The notes under the pieces: model-generated
The model's input: the letters and a program-made list of their open reading frames with translations, nothing else
The model's database searches: none
Told to the model about the DNA's origin: nothing
Source of the DNA: Minisyncoccota bacterium
GTDB lineage: Bacteria; Patescibacteriota; Minisyncoccia; Phycocordibacterales; SW-6-46-9
Length of the DNA: 64,000 bases
Direction of reading: 5' to 3'
Assembly: GCA_040905385.1 (NCBI GenBank)
Contig: JBBDRP010000002.1
Location: forward strand, 21,337 to 85,336
Shown here: positions 9,506 through 17,491 of the stretch, in pieces
Layout of the letters: every line of letters starts with the position of its first letter
Numbering within the stretch: the stretch's first letter is position 1
Made by a program: the position numbers and the translations under genes

Positions 9506-10273
9506 ATGGAAAAAATACCAACACCGAAAGATAAAAACCTCGAGGAGAAAGAAAAGATGTCCGAAGAAGAGATGTTCCGGCAAGATGCTCTGGATAAGGC
9601 TAGTCAGCGACTTGCTGAGGCCTTGGCACAGAAAGAAGATGCTGAAGACATGGCGGAAGCTGTAGCTTTTCATTACTATATCGTTAAAAATCTCTGCAAC
9701 CGACTTACAAAAAAGCTTTTTGAGATAGATTATGCAAAAGAAGAAGTCGAGCAAGTCGTCAATGAATTGATGGAAATCCCTGAACGAGATGCTGTAAGTA
9801 TTTTACTTCTCAGTGATCGTCAGATGGATATTTTCTTTACACAGAAAAAGAATGAAGGAAATACAGTACAGAGTATTCTTGATGCCTTTATGGAGGCTGG
9901 AGCGGACAAACCAACCATCGGCTTTCACGCTACTCCAAAACAAATAATGCCAGCTACAAAAATCCGAAATGGCAGGGAAACAGAAGAATGGATTGTAGAC
10001 GGATCTGAAAAAGATCATAGAGATAACGATTTGCCAATGGCGTACTATAGTTACGACTATACGCATCTTTATCGTCAAAACAAAAGTGATTATTTATATA
10101 TCGTTCAATCACTTCCCTCCCACCGTGGTGATCCAAGTAATAACTGGGGCCGAGCACCAAGCCTGCAGATAATTTCAGAGATGAAGCAAGAGAATATCAA
10201 AGAGTATATTGAAAAGATGAAGTCTGCTGCACGTTTTGAAGATACTTCGGATTCTAAAAATAAAGCGGCGTAA
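9506..10273 (+). CDS. Hypothetical protein, possible ADP-ribosyltransferase-like C-terminal domain
   Basis: 255-aa ORF. IGFHATP and AYYS segments. Ends in KAA. Confidence 0.6.
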   Translation: MEKIPTPKDKNLEEKEKMSEEEMFRQDALDKASQRLAEALAQKEDAEDMAEAVAFHYYIVKNLCNRLTKKLFEIDYAKEEVEQVVNELMEIPERDAVSILLLSDRQMDIFFTQKKNEGNTVQSILDAFMEAGADKPTIGFHATPKQIMPATKIRNGRETEEWIVDGSEKDHRDNDLPMAYYSYDYTHLYRQNKSDYLYIVQSLPSHRGDPSNNWGRAPSLQIISEMKQENIKEYIEKMKSAARFEDTSDSKNKAA

Positions 10274-10276
10274 AAT

Positions 10277-10644
10277 ATGAAATTTTACGTTGGATCCAGG
10301 CTAAAACACACCGCGCAGGTAAAAGAATTAACAAAGAAATTAGAGAATAAAGGCTATTTCTGTACTCACAAATGGACTGACGGCAAGAAGTTAAAGCCGT
10401 ACGAAAAAAATATTACCCAATCACAAGTAGTAGCTAACCAGCAAGCGGAAGCAATAAAAAAAGCGATGTATTCATACTATTAAACCCAGATACTGGTGGC
10501 ACAGGAATGTATGTAGAACTTGGCGTCGCGCTGGCGGAAGGTAAGAAAATATTTGTTGTTAATAAGTGCGAAAAGCCATTACTCCTCTTTCACTCTAAAG
10601 TAAAGCACGTCAGCAACGCAGAAGATCTTCTAAAACTAATTTAG
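10277..10644 (+). pseudogene. Nucleoside 2-deoxyribosyltransferase-like gene split by a frameshift at an A7 run
   Basis: Frame 0 MKFYVGSR...AIKK. The -1 frame continues SDVFILL...GTGMYVELGVALAEGKKIFVV...TAG 10644. Confidence 0.75.
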
Positions 10645-10645
10645 A

Positions 10646-10830
10646 GATGGGAGAATCGGGGTCAGCTCTCATCAATATTTCTCTTCGCTACGCTCTAGAA
10701 ATATTGTGAGGCTCCTCCCCGGACTCGTGCGTCGTACTCGCTATGCTGCGTGCGACATCACTCCGTCTTTCGATATCTCCACGCAGGCAAAGAAATTTGC
10801 CTGCTCATCCTGCTCGCTCGTGTTACTCGC
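10646..10830 (-). mobile_element. tRNA-trailer module, family B, at tRNA-Gly(TCC)
   Basis: Split antisense of the tRNA 3' end (GGATG..GGAGATATCGAA), core shared with 14466-14574, ends in duplicate CGATTCTCCCATC. Confidence 0.75.
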
Positions 10831-10832
10831 GG

Positions 10833-10903
10833 TGCGGGATGGGAGAATCGAACTCCCGACCTCTGGTTGGAAACCAGACGTTTTACCACTAAACTAATCC
10901 CGC
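10833..10903 (-). tRNA. tRNA-Gly(TCC)
   Basis: GCGGGAT acceptor, TCTGG-TTTCCAA-CCAGA anticodon arm, GTTCGATTC T-loop. CCA not encoded (CCG). Confidence 0.97.
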
Positions 10904-11063
10904 AAAAATAAACCAATAATTTGAGCTGTTTTATTAGTTTATTTTTGCGGGGCTCGCCGAAGGCGGCCCGCCCCTGTAGAAATTATTCTAGCAAATTTAG
11001 CCCCAAATAACAAAACAGCAGACCCACAAGGGGCCCGCTGCTTCGTTCGAAGGTAAAAAAGAT

Positions 11064-11156
11064 TTACGCTTCTTCGTCAGTATCATCTTCTTCCTCTCCT
11101 TCATCCTCTCCTTCTTCCTCTTTCTTTTCTTCTTCGTTGTTGAATTCGTCAGACAT
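11064..11156 (-). CDS. 30-aa extremely acidic peptide
   Basis: MSDEFNNEEEKKEEEGEDEGEEEDDTDEEA. Upstream TTGACA(11249-11244)-16-TAAGAT and downstream terminator hairpin ~11012-11043. Confidence 0.6.
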   Translation of the reverse strand: MSDEFNNEEEKKEEEGEDEGEEEDDTDEEA

Positions 11157-11581
11157 AGTATATATGTTTATTATTCGAACAATAAAACCTGGTCACCGAC
11201 TTGCAACCAAGTACATCACATATCTTACAAAATACACCGGATTTGTCAATAGGTTGTCACGAATTTTTAGTAATGTCAAGTAATTTTATAGCTTGACAAA
11301 TAAAGCTATATTTGGATTTTCTTCTTTTTTAAATTCCATATTTCCCTGCTGTGCGCATGATTTCTGATACCGACATCAGCTGTCAGATAGTAATTTCATC
11401 AGAAATTACAAATCATTTAAATAACTCACCCGGTTGAGTTATTTAGCCAGCGACGATAACATAAGTATTAGTGAGCTTACCTACCCACCGACAAGATCCA
11501 CAAGGAAGAGAGACGAGTCCTTGTGAAACCCGCAAATGACTCAAATAGGCCAATCAAAAAATTGTGAAATTTCTCGAGCTC

Positions 11582-11796
11582 TTAGTCGGGGCACCCGGAC
11601 TTTCACATAAACACAACATCCATCCCCGACCCCCTAACTTTGAAAACCTCACGGTTTTCAACACCCCTTATTACGCAGCACGCCACGTAACAAGGGGTTG
11701 CTTTCCTCCACGGGGATGGATGGGTTCAAGTCCTTATATGGCTCAAAAATTATCAAAATCCAAGAGGTGAAAGTTTTTAAGTTCTTTAGCTATTAG
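11582..11796 (-). mobile_element. tRNA-trailer module, family A, at tRNA-Pro
   Basis: Inverted T-arm copy at 11723-11733, core GGAGGAAAGCA...GTTGAAAACCGTGAGGTTTTCAAAG, 21-nt direct duplicate 11582-11602 = 11793-11813. Confidence 0.8.
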
Positions 11797-11870
11797 TCGG
11801 GGCACCCGGACTTGAACCGGGAATCGCTCCGTCCCAAACGGAGTATGTTAGCCAATTACACCATGCCCCG
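11797..11870 (-). tRNA. tRNA-Pro(TGG)
   Basis: CGGGGCA acceptor, CTCCG-TTTGGGA-CGGAG anticodon arm, GGTTCAAGTCC T-arm. Confidence 0.96.
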
Positions 11871-11960
11871 ACTAAGGGCTGAAGAGCCTCACGAGATCTT
11901 CATAAATTGTAAAAATACTTTCCCAGGAACGTAGAAAGAATACCACAACCGCACGGAAAA

Positions 11961-12353
11961 TTAAATAATAATGTTATCCAGCCACTTTATCCGTGCCTCG
12001 CCGCGGGCCTGATCCAAGTATACGCACAGCAGATCAAACCGCCAGGCTGGATCGCCATCAACCTCACTGCTGAGATACGTCTCGGTAATGCGCCGTAGGC
12101 GCTCTCTCTTCGCTGTACCGACGTTTTCCTCGGGTCGGTGTGCATCGCTCCCCTCTTTCGGAATATCGTCGGGAATACGGCAACTAACCGCCTTGACCTC
12201 GATAAATACCAGCGAGTCCTTGCGGGCAATAATATCAATCTCTCCGTACGGTCGTCGATAGTTGGTGCCGATGATCCTGTAGCCGTGCCGACGAAGAAAA
12301 TCAGCCGCCACAGCCTCCCCCAGCCGACCGGTTGTGGTGGTGGTCTCACGCAT
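11961..12353 (-). CDS. yraN: YraN/UPF0102 family PD-(D/E)XK nuclease-like protein
   Basis: GRLGEAVAADFL..GY.I..NYR..GEIDIIA...LVFIEVK...RFDL. Confidence 0.92.
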   Translation of the reverse strand: MRETTTTTGRLGEAVAADFLRRHGYRIIGTNYRRPYGEIDIIARKDSLVFIEVKAVSCRIPDDIPKEGSDAHRPEENVGTAKRERLRRITETYLSSEVDGDPAWRFDLLCVYLDQARGEARIKWLDNIII

Positions 12354-12413
12354 ACCGTCATGGTAGCAAAAAGATTTTTATCTTCCTTAAAGAGATTAGT
12401 GTCCTTTGTCCAC

Positions 12414-12555
12414 TTATCAACAACTTTGTCTGTATATGACGATTAGTCATTTTATCAATTATTTTAGGGCTATTTTCTCTCTGTAAGCCATGCAAACGCC
12501 ACCATATCAGCCACAAACGACGTCGTTTATACACATACCCACTTAGTTATCCACA
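12414..12555 (+). promoter_or_regulatory. DnaA-box cluster (non-oriC)
   Basis: TTATCAACA 12414, TTATACACA 12527, TTATCCACA 12547. Confidence 0.5.
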
Positions 12556-12781
12556 TACAATGTCTTTAGAGAAATACGTCTATTTTATGAATATAGCCCT
12601 ATAATTAGGTTTATATGGAGAGATCTAACGTTACTATCTATCAGACAGGTGGCTTTTATCGACACCTCTGCCCAAATTGGTCTGTATACGAGATCGAAGT
12701 TGAAGAGTAGAGAAATATGCGTACAATGAGTAGCGGTTACGGTGGTGAAGTGAATTATCCGCCGGAAGCTGAAATAAGTAA

Positions 12782-12855
12782 GCGGGATTAGTATAGTGGT
12801 AGAACACATCCTTGCCATGGATGAGACGGGGGTTCGATTCTCCCATCCCGCACCA
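12782..12855 (+). tRNA. tRNA-Gly(GCC)
   Basis: GCGGGAT acceptor, CATCC-TTGCCAT-GGATG anticodon arm, encoded CCA. Confidence 0.97.
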
Positions 12856-12856
12856 C

Positions 12857-12898
12857 ATAACAAAGCCACCGGCGCATGTCGGTGGCTTTGTTATTTTT
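12857..12898 (+). terminator. Intrinsic terminator after tRNA-Gly(GCC)
   Basis: ATAACAAAGCCACCG/CGGTGGCTTTGTTAT stem plus T-tract. Confidence 0.75.
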
Positions 12899-13412
12899 GG
12901 AATGGTAGTTGGGAGAATCGAACTATTGAAAGGGTCGGAAAACGATAGTTTTTCGTGGAGGAAAGCAGTGAGCGAAAGCGAGCGTTGAGAACCGTGGGTT
13001 CTTAAAGAGTTCCGCTTCAGCGGAACGAGTGAGATAGCGAAGCGTCTCCCATCCCGCACAGCGAGCAACGTGAGCGAGCAGGATGAGCAGGCAAATTTCT
13101 TTGCCTGCGTGGAGATATCGAAAGACGGAGCGTTATCTGAGTTTCAGCGTAGCTGAAGGCGAAGATCGCGAGTCGAGGTCGCATAATTTTCTCCTCAGAG
13201 AAAATATCTGTGACCGATTCTCCCATCCCGCACCACATAAAGAGAATCTCTCTGAGATTCTCCACGTGGCGAGCCAGAAAGTGGGCCACGACAAAAACAA
13301 GCCCAAAAGCTGGTGTTTTTGTATTACGTGAGTTCAGTGATGAATCCCGCTCCAGCGGGATGAGTTTTACGGGACATGTTTGGATTACGAAATATTCGTG
13401 ACCGATTCTCCC
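12899..13412 (+). mobile_element. Tandem array of three tRNA-trailer modules (permuted A, B, degenerate)
   Basis: tRNA 3'-end duplicates at 13045-13059, 13215-13240 (26 nt identical to 12835-12860) and 13403-13412. Antisense T-arm at 12910-12923. Confidence 0.8.
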
Positions 13413-13500
13413 TGCCTGCCGGCACTACTTCGATTGGTTCAGGTAATATACAGTAGCATGCTCTTTTTATCGAATAGAAATTATAATAATTTAAACGATA

Positions 13501-13875
13501 ATGTTACACACAGTGAAAAAATTTAGTCTTTTTATAGCTAGTTTTTTAGTTGTTGTATTGCTACTATTCCAACTCATTGACAGCTTGGCTGGGCCTGCTG
13601 AAGCTACTTTTCGCAATGCTCCAAGTATATTTTGTGAACAGACTCGTTTTATTGGAATAACACTCCCTCCATTTGGAATATACCTGTGTTCTGAAGCAGA
13701 AGGTAGTGAATCGACGCGGGCACACGAGCTTGTACATTGGGATCAGTATGAATCTCAAGGTTTTTTAATGTTCTACGTCTCTTACGGTATTGGATATATC
13801 AAGTCTGACTTTGTTTATGAAGATCATCCTATGGAGATAGACGCACGGCAACGAGAAGCCCAGTTTATGCGGTAA
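13501..13875 (+). CDS. Membrane-anchored HExxH zinc-peptidase-like protein (DUF4157-like)
   Basis: N-terminal TM, AHELVHWDQY, PMEIDAR. Confidence 0.65.
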   Translation: MLHTVKKFSLFIASFLVVVLLLFQLIDSLAGPAEATFRNAPSIFCEQTRFIGITLPPFGIYLCSEAEGSESTRAHELVHWDQYESQGFLMFYVSYGIGYIKSDFVYEDHPMEIDARQREAQFMR

Positions 13876-13897
13876 TCATTTAATTAAACAGGAATGG

Positions 13898-14200
13898 TTA
13901 CTCTCCAGAAAGTTGCTTATAGACAGACTCGATCGACTTTACCAGCTTGAAGTCAGCCTCTGTCAGACCCTCCTTTTCGTGCGTGGTAACCATACAGACA
14001 ACGCTGTTGTAAGAGATACAGATATCTGGATGATGCGCGAGCTCTTCGGCCTCTTCGGCGATCGCGTTGGTAAACTCCATTGCCTCGACAAAGTCCTCGA
14101 AACGAAACTCCTTCTGCATTAATCCCCCCGCCTCATCTGCCTCCCAGCCTTCTAGATGCTCTAGCCGCGCCTCAACCTGTGATTGTGATAGCTTTTTCAT
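13898..14200 (-). CDS. phhB: Pterin-4a-carbinolamine dehydratase
   Basis: KEFRFEDFVEAMEF...AEELAHHPDI...TTHE..GLTEADF. Confidence 0.92.
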   Translation of the reverse strand: MKKLSQSQVEARLEHLEGWEADEAGGLMQKEFRFEDFVEAMEFTNAIAEEAEELAHHPDICISYNSVVCMVTTHEKEGLTEADFKLVKSIESVYKQLSGE

Positions 14201-14457
14201 CTCGTTAGAAAGTTATTATTGATACTAATAAATTATAACCAGGTTATTGCCGTAAACAAAGTTCGATGACCTTCTAACCGTCAGACATTACTTTCTAACG
14301 GGATTCATAAGATATAAGTTACACGAATAACTCCACTCACCTTTTTAGTATACGGTACACATGAAACTTTATCAGTATAATCTTATCAAATTCATATAAA
14401 AACCAGAAAGTAAGCTTTTCCAGGCACTCGCTCACTTTGGTAGTTGCACATGTAACA

Positions 14458-14790
14458 AAGATTCGGCGTCAGCTCTCATCAATATTCCCTCTCGCTTCAC
14501 TCGTGAAATATTGTGAGGCTCCTGGCCGGACTCGTTCGTCGGGCTCGCTGCGCTCACTCGACATAACTCCGTCTTTCGAATCCTTACGAAAGTGCAGAAA
14601 TGCACTTTCTCCGAGTGCAAAAATTCGCTCCGCTCATTTTGTGCACTCGGAAGGAATCTCACATGAACACAACCTCGTTCCCGACCCCTCAACTTTGAAA
14701 ACCCACGGTTTTCAACGGCCTTCGGCCTGCTTTCCTACACGGGAACGAGAGGTTCGAATCCTACGAGATGCTCACTCACGTTGTTCGTTG
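14458..14790 (-). mobile_element. Two tandem tRNA-trailer modules (A then B) at tRNA-Arg
   Basis: Inverted T-arm 14751-14762, 17-nt duplicate 14639-14655 = 14788-14804, split inverted 3' end 14575-14585 + 14610-14619, B core matching 10659-10768. Confidence 0.8.
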
Positions 14791-14864
14791 TGCACTCGGA
14801 AGGATTCGAACCCTCAACCTGCTGATCCGAAGTCAGCTGCTCTATCCAGTTGAGCTACGAGTGC
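14791..14864 (-). tRNA. tRNA-Arg(TCG)
   Basis: GCACTCG acceptor, GCTGA-CTTCGGA-TCAGC anticodon arm. CCA not encoded. Confidence 0.96.
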
Positions 14865-14921
14865 ATGATATACTTCTGTCACAGATCGAACGTGACTAAC
14901 CCCATACATACTAGCAAATTT

Positions 14922-16427
14922 ATGACAAAAAGCGACATCAAAATTCCTATTGAAGTTACTCGTGTAACAGACCAGCTGTATACGGCTGGGTACGAGGCGT
15001 ATATTGTCGGTGGCTGTGTGCGCGACATCCTGCGTGGTGAAACTCCAAAAGACTGGGACATAACGACAAATGCCCTGCCAGATGAAATGCTGGATGTCTT
15101 TGAGCACGCTCATTACGACAATGACTTCGGAACTGTGCGCGTCATAAACGACACCGAGGATGAGCGTCTGCACGTTATCGAGATCACCACCTATCGCACC
15201 GAGGACAGTTACACGGATAACAGACATCCTGATCGAGTGCAGTTTTCCGACTCAATTAGCGAGGATCTCCGGCGACGTGACTTTACCATCAATGCCTTAG
15301 CCCTGGATTTGCAAGATGTTTCACGTGACAACATGGTAAGTGTTTCATCTGAAACACTTATAGACGAACATGGAGGTCTGGTAGACCTGCAAAAGCGCCG
15401 TCTGCGGGCGGTTGGTGACCCAAAAGAACGATTCCAAGAGGATGCACTGCGAATTATCCGCGGTATCCGCTTCGCGGCTGAGTTATCATTGGAAATAGAC
15501 CCAGATACGCTAGAGGCTATGCAGGACGAGGTTGCCCGCCTTAATGACGTGGCAGTAGAGCGTATTCGCGATGAGTTCGAGAAAATTGTTTCCTGTGAAA
15601 CACCAAAGCTCGGGCTGGAGATTACTCAGAAAATCGGGGCGTTAGATATTTTTATCCCTGAGCTTAGCGATACTATTGGTGTTGGTCAAAATCAGGCGCA
15701 CTCGTATGATCTCTGGGAGCATCTCACCCGGGCCTGTCAGACCACTGCTGACAAGGATTGGCCGCTTCATATCCGGCTGGCGGCACTTTTTCATGATATT
15801 GCCAAGGTACAGACCAAGGAATGGTCTGATGAGCGTAATGACTGGAGTTTCCATAATCATGAGGTAATTGGCGAACGTGTCACCGAAAAAATCCTCAATC
15901 GACTTAAATTTCCCAAAGATCTCGTGCGACAAGTAACAAATCTCGTGCGCTGGCACATGTTTTTTTCTGATACCGACGAAATTACCCACTCTGCTGTGCG
16001 ACGCCTTATCCAGAATGTTGGCAAAGAGAATGTTTGGGATCTGATGAAGGTGCGTCGAGCCGACCGACTCGGTATGGGCCGGCCCAAAGAAGAACCGTAC
16101 AGGCTACGTAAGTACCAATCAATGATAGAGGAGGTAATGCGCGACCCGGTATCAGTCGATCAGCTGGCCATTGACGGCAATGATGTTATTCGTGAAACAG
16201 ACGAAAGCCCGAGCCCTCGTATTGGATGGATACTGCATGCTCTTTTGGAAGAGGTACTGGATGATCCGAGTAAGAATGAAAAAGACACGCTTATTGATTT
16301 TGCAAACGAGCTTGCGAAGCTATCCGACAGCGAGTTAGAAGAAAAAGGCACTAAAGGACAAAAGGAAAAGGAGCGGCTCGAGAAAGAGGCGTTAAAAGAC
16401 ATACGTTCGAAATATCACGTAAAATAG
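14922..16427 (+). CDS. cca: CCA tRNA nucleotidyltransferase with HD domain
   Basis: VGGCVRD, DWDITT, DLRRRDFTINA, RFQEDALRIIR, ALFHDIAK. Start at ATG 14922 because the track start overlaps the tRNA. Confidence 0.93.
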   Translation: MTKSDIKIPIEVTRVTDQLYTAGYEAYIVGGCVRDILRGETPKDWDITTNALPDEMLDVFEHAHYDNDFGTVRVINDTEDERLHVIEITTYRTEDSYTDNRHPDRVQFSDSISEDLRRRDFTINALALDLQDVSRDNMVSVSSETLIDEHGGLVDLQKRRLRAVGDPKERFQEDALRIIRGIRFAAELSLEIDPDTLEAMQDEVARLNDVAVERIRDEFEKIVSCETPKLGLEITQKIGALDIFIPELSDTIGVGQNQAHSYDLWEHLTRACQTTADKDWPLHIRLAALFHDIAKVQTKEWSDERNDWSFHNHEVIGERVTEKILNRLKFPKDLVRQVTNLVRWHMFFSDTDEITHSAVRRLIQNVGKENVWDLMKVRRADRLGMGRPKEEPYRLRKYQSMIEEVMRDPVSVDQLAIDGNDVIRETDESPSPRIGWILHALLEEVLDDPSKNEKDTLIDFANELAKLSDSELEEKGTKGQKEKERLEKEALKDIRSKYHVK

Positions 16428-16451
16428 ATCTATTTTGTTCCACGTAAAACA
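15317..16451. promoter_or_regulatory. Cluster of parS-like palindromes in and just after cca
   Basis: TGTTTCACGTGACAACA 15317, TGTTTCATCTGAAACA 15341, TGTTTCCTGTGAAACA 15587, TGTTATTCGTGAAACA 16184, TGTTCCACGTAAAACA 16436, vs consensus TGTTTCACGTGAAACA. Confidence 0.7.
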
Positions 16452-16550
16452 CTGGTAGCGATGAATTAAAGGGTTGAGTCTGGCTAGTGGTTTCAGTGGC
16501 TGTACGTATGAAATGTTACCCATATAACCCTTTTATAGTTACACATATCA

Positions 16551-16580
16551 CAAAACGCTCCGCAGAAGCGGAGCGTTTTG
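16551..16580. terminator. Bidirectional terminator-like hairpin
   Basis: CAAAACGCTCCGC-AGAA-GCGGAGCGTTTTG. Confidence 0.7.
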
Positions 16581-16798
16581 CTGGTCAAGAGGGAGAAAAA
16601 TAATATAAACATTCATGAGAATAGAATGAAGTGTAGTTGCCACAGCCGCGCGGACATAATCTCCAGCCACAGGAGATATGTCACGCATTAAAATGTCCCA
16701 AAGAACATGCCGTATGACTGATTGATCTTTTTTACAGACAATCTGTCTCGGTCTGATTTAAATACTACGCGTATTAAAAGACATGTAAAGGACGTATG

Positions 16799-16846
16799 TG
16801 TGGATAAGTGTCTTAATAAGTGTATAAGTGTCTTTTATGTGTAAAA
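16799..16846 (-). promoter_or_regulatory. DnaA-box cluster (non-oriC)
   Basis: TGTGGATAA 16799, AGTGTATAA 16819, TGTGTAAAA 16838, ~20-bp spacing. Confidence 0.5.
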
Positions 16847-17119
16847 TACAGCTATTATTAGCTATCGATTAGAGTCATCTATTACTCATTCACATGTCTT
16901 TCCCTTATTATTCTAGTATTTGTGTACATCTGTAATACAGAATTGTCGTAAAAGATTTGTTCTCGACATTCTTCAGACACTTTAGGCAAAATTAAAGACA
17001 GTATTCTGCTGACGGTGTCTAATGTTGATATATACGCACTCTCTCTTGCTTGATTTAGCAGGAAAGTGGTAGAATCCTTTGCAATTCCGGTCATTTCGTG
17101 CTACCTTTCTATATGTAAT

Positions 17120-17431
17120 ATGGCACTTACAACACGAAAAAAATTAAATGAGATTAAGAAGACGCGTCGGCACGCCGAAGATACTGGATCGCCTGAAAGT
17201 CAGATTGCGATCTTAACTCGTCGTATTAATGAGCTTTCTACACACTTAAAGCGCAATCAGCGCGATAAGCATTCTCGAAAGGGTCTTTTGGGACTCGTTG
17301 AGAAGCGACGCAAGCAGATTAATTATCTTATTGATACTAATCCTGACGCCTACAACAAAGTAGCAAAGGAGCTTGATTTAAAGACGCTTGCAGAGCGTCG
17401 TCCCGAGCCGGAAGAGACCGAGGAGGAGTAG
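17120..17431 (+). CDS. rpsO: 30S ribosomal protein S15
   Basis: DTGSPESQIAILT.RI..L..HL.....DKHSRKGLL..V.KRRK. ATG 17120. Confidence 0.97.
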   Translation: MALTTRKKLNEIKKTRRHAEDTGSPESQIAILTRRINELSTHLKRNQRDKHSRKGLLGLVEKRRKQINYLIDTNPDAYNKVAKELDLKTLAERRPEPEETEEE

Positions 17432-17491
17432 TCTGTCGGTGCCTTTTTATTACATTTCTGTTCAAGACTTTTAGTACTAACTTTTTATTTT

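Noticed and set aside
10659-10775. Core B as a type II hammerhead ribozyme (CGAAA, TGATGAG, CTGAC)
   Set aside because: No CUGANGA at the junction and no U pairing with the last A of GAAA before a cleavage triplet; the TGATGAG lies within a stem.
11350-11540. Possible ncRNA (several hairpins behind a TTGACA at ~11293)
   Set aside because: Single copy, no recognisable family motif or covariation evidence.
11699-11712. GGAGGAAAG as RNase P RNA P4
   Set aside because: Followed by CA rather than TCC, no matching 3' P4 strand, and present in three short copies.
12835-13412. CRISPR array
   Set aside because: Repeats are tRNA 3' ends of unequal length, spacers are 150-200 bp and structured, and no cas genes are present.
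10706-14853. Track ORFs 10706, 11564, 12585, 12634, 13017, 13083, 13210, 14432, 14437
   Set aside because: They run through tRNAs and palindromic modules; no recognisable motifs; likely spurious.
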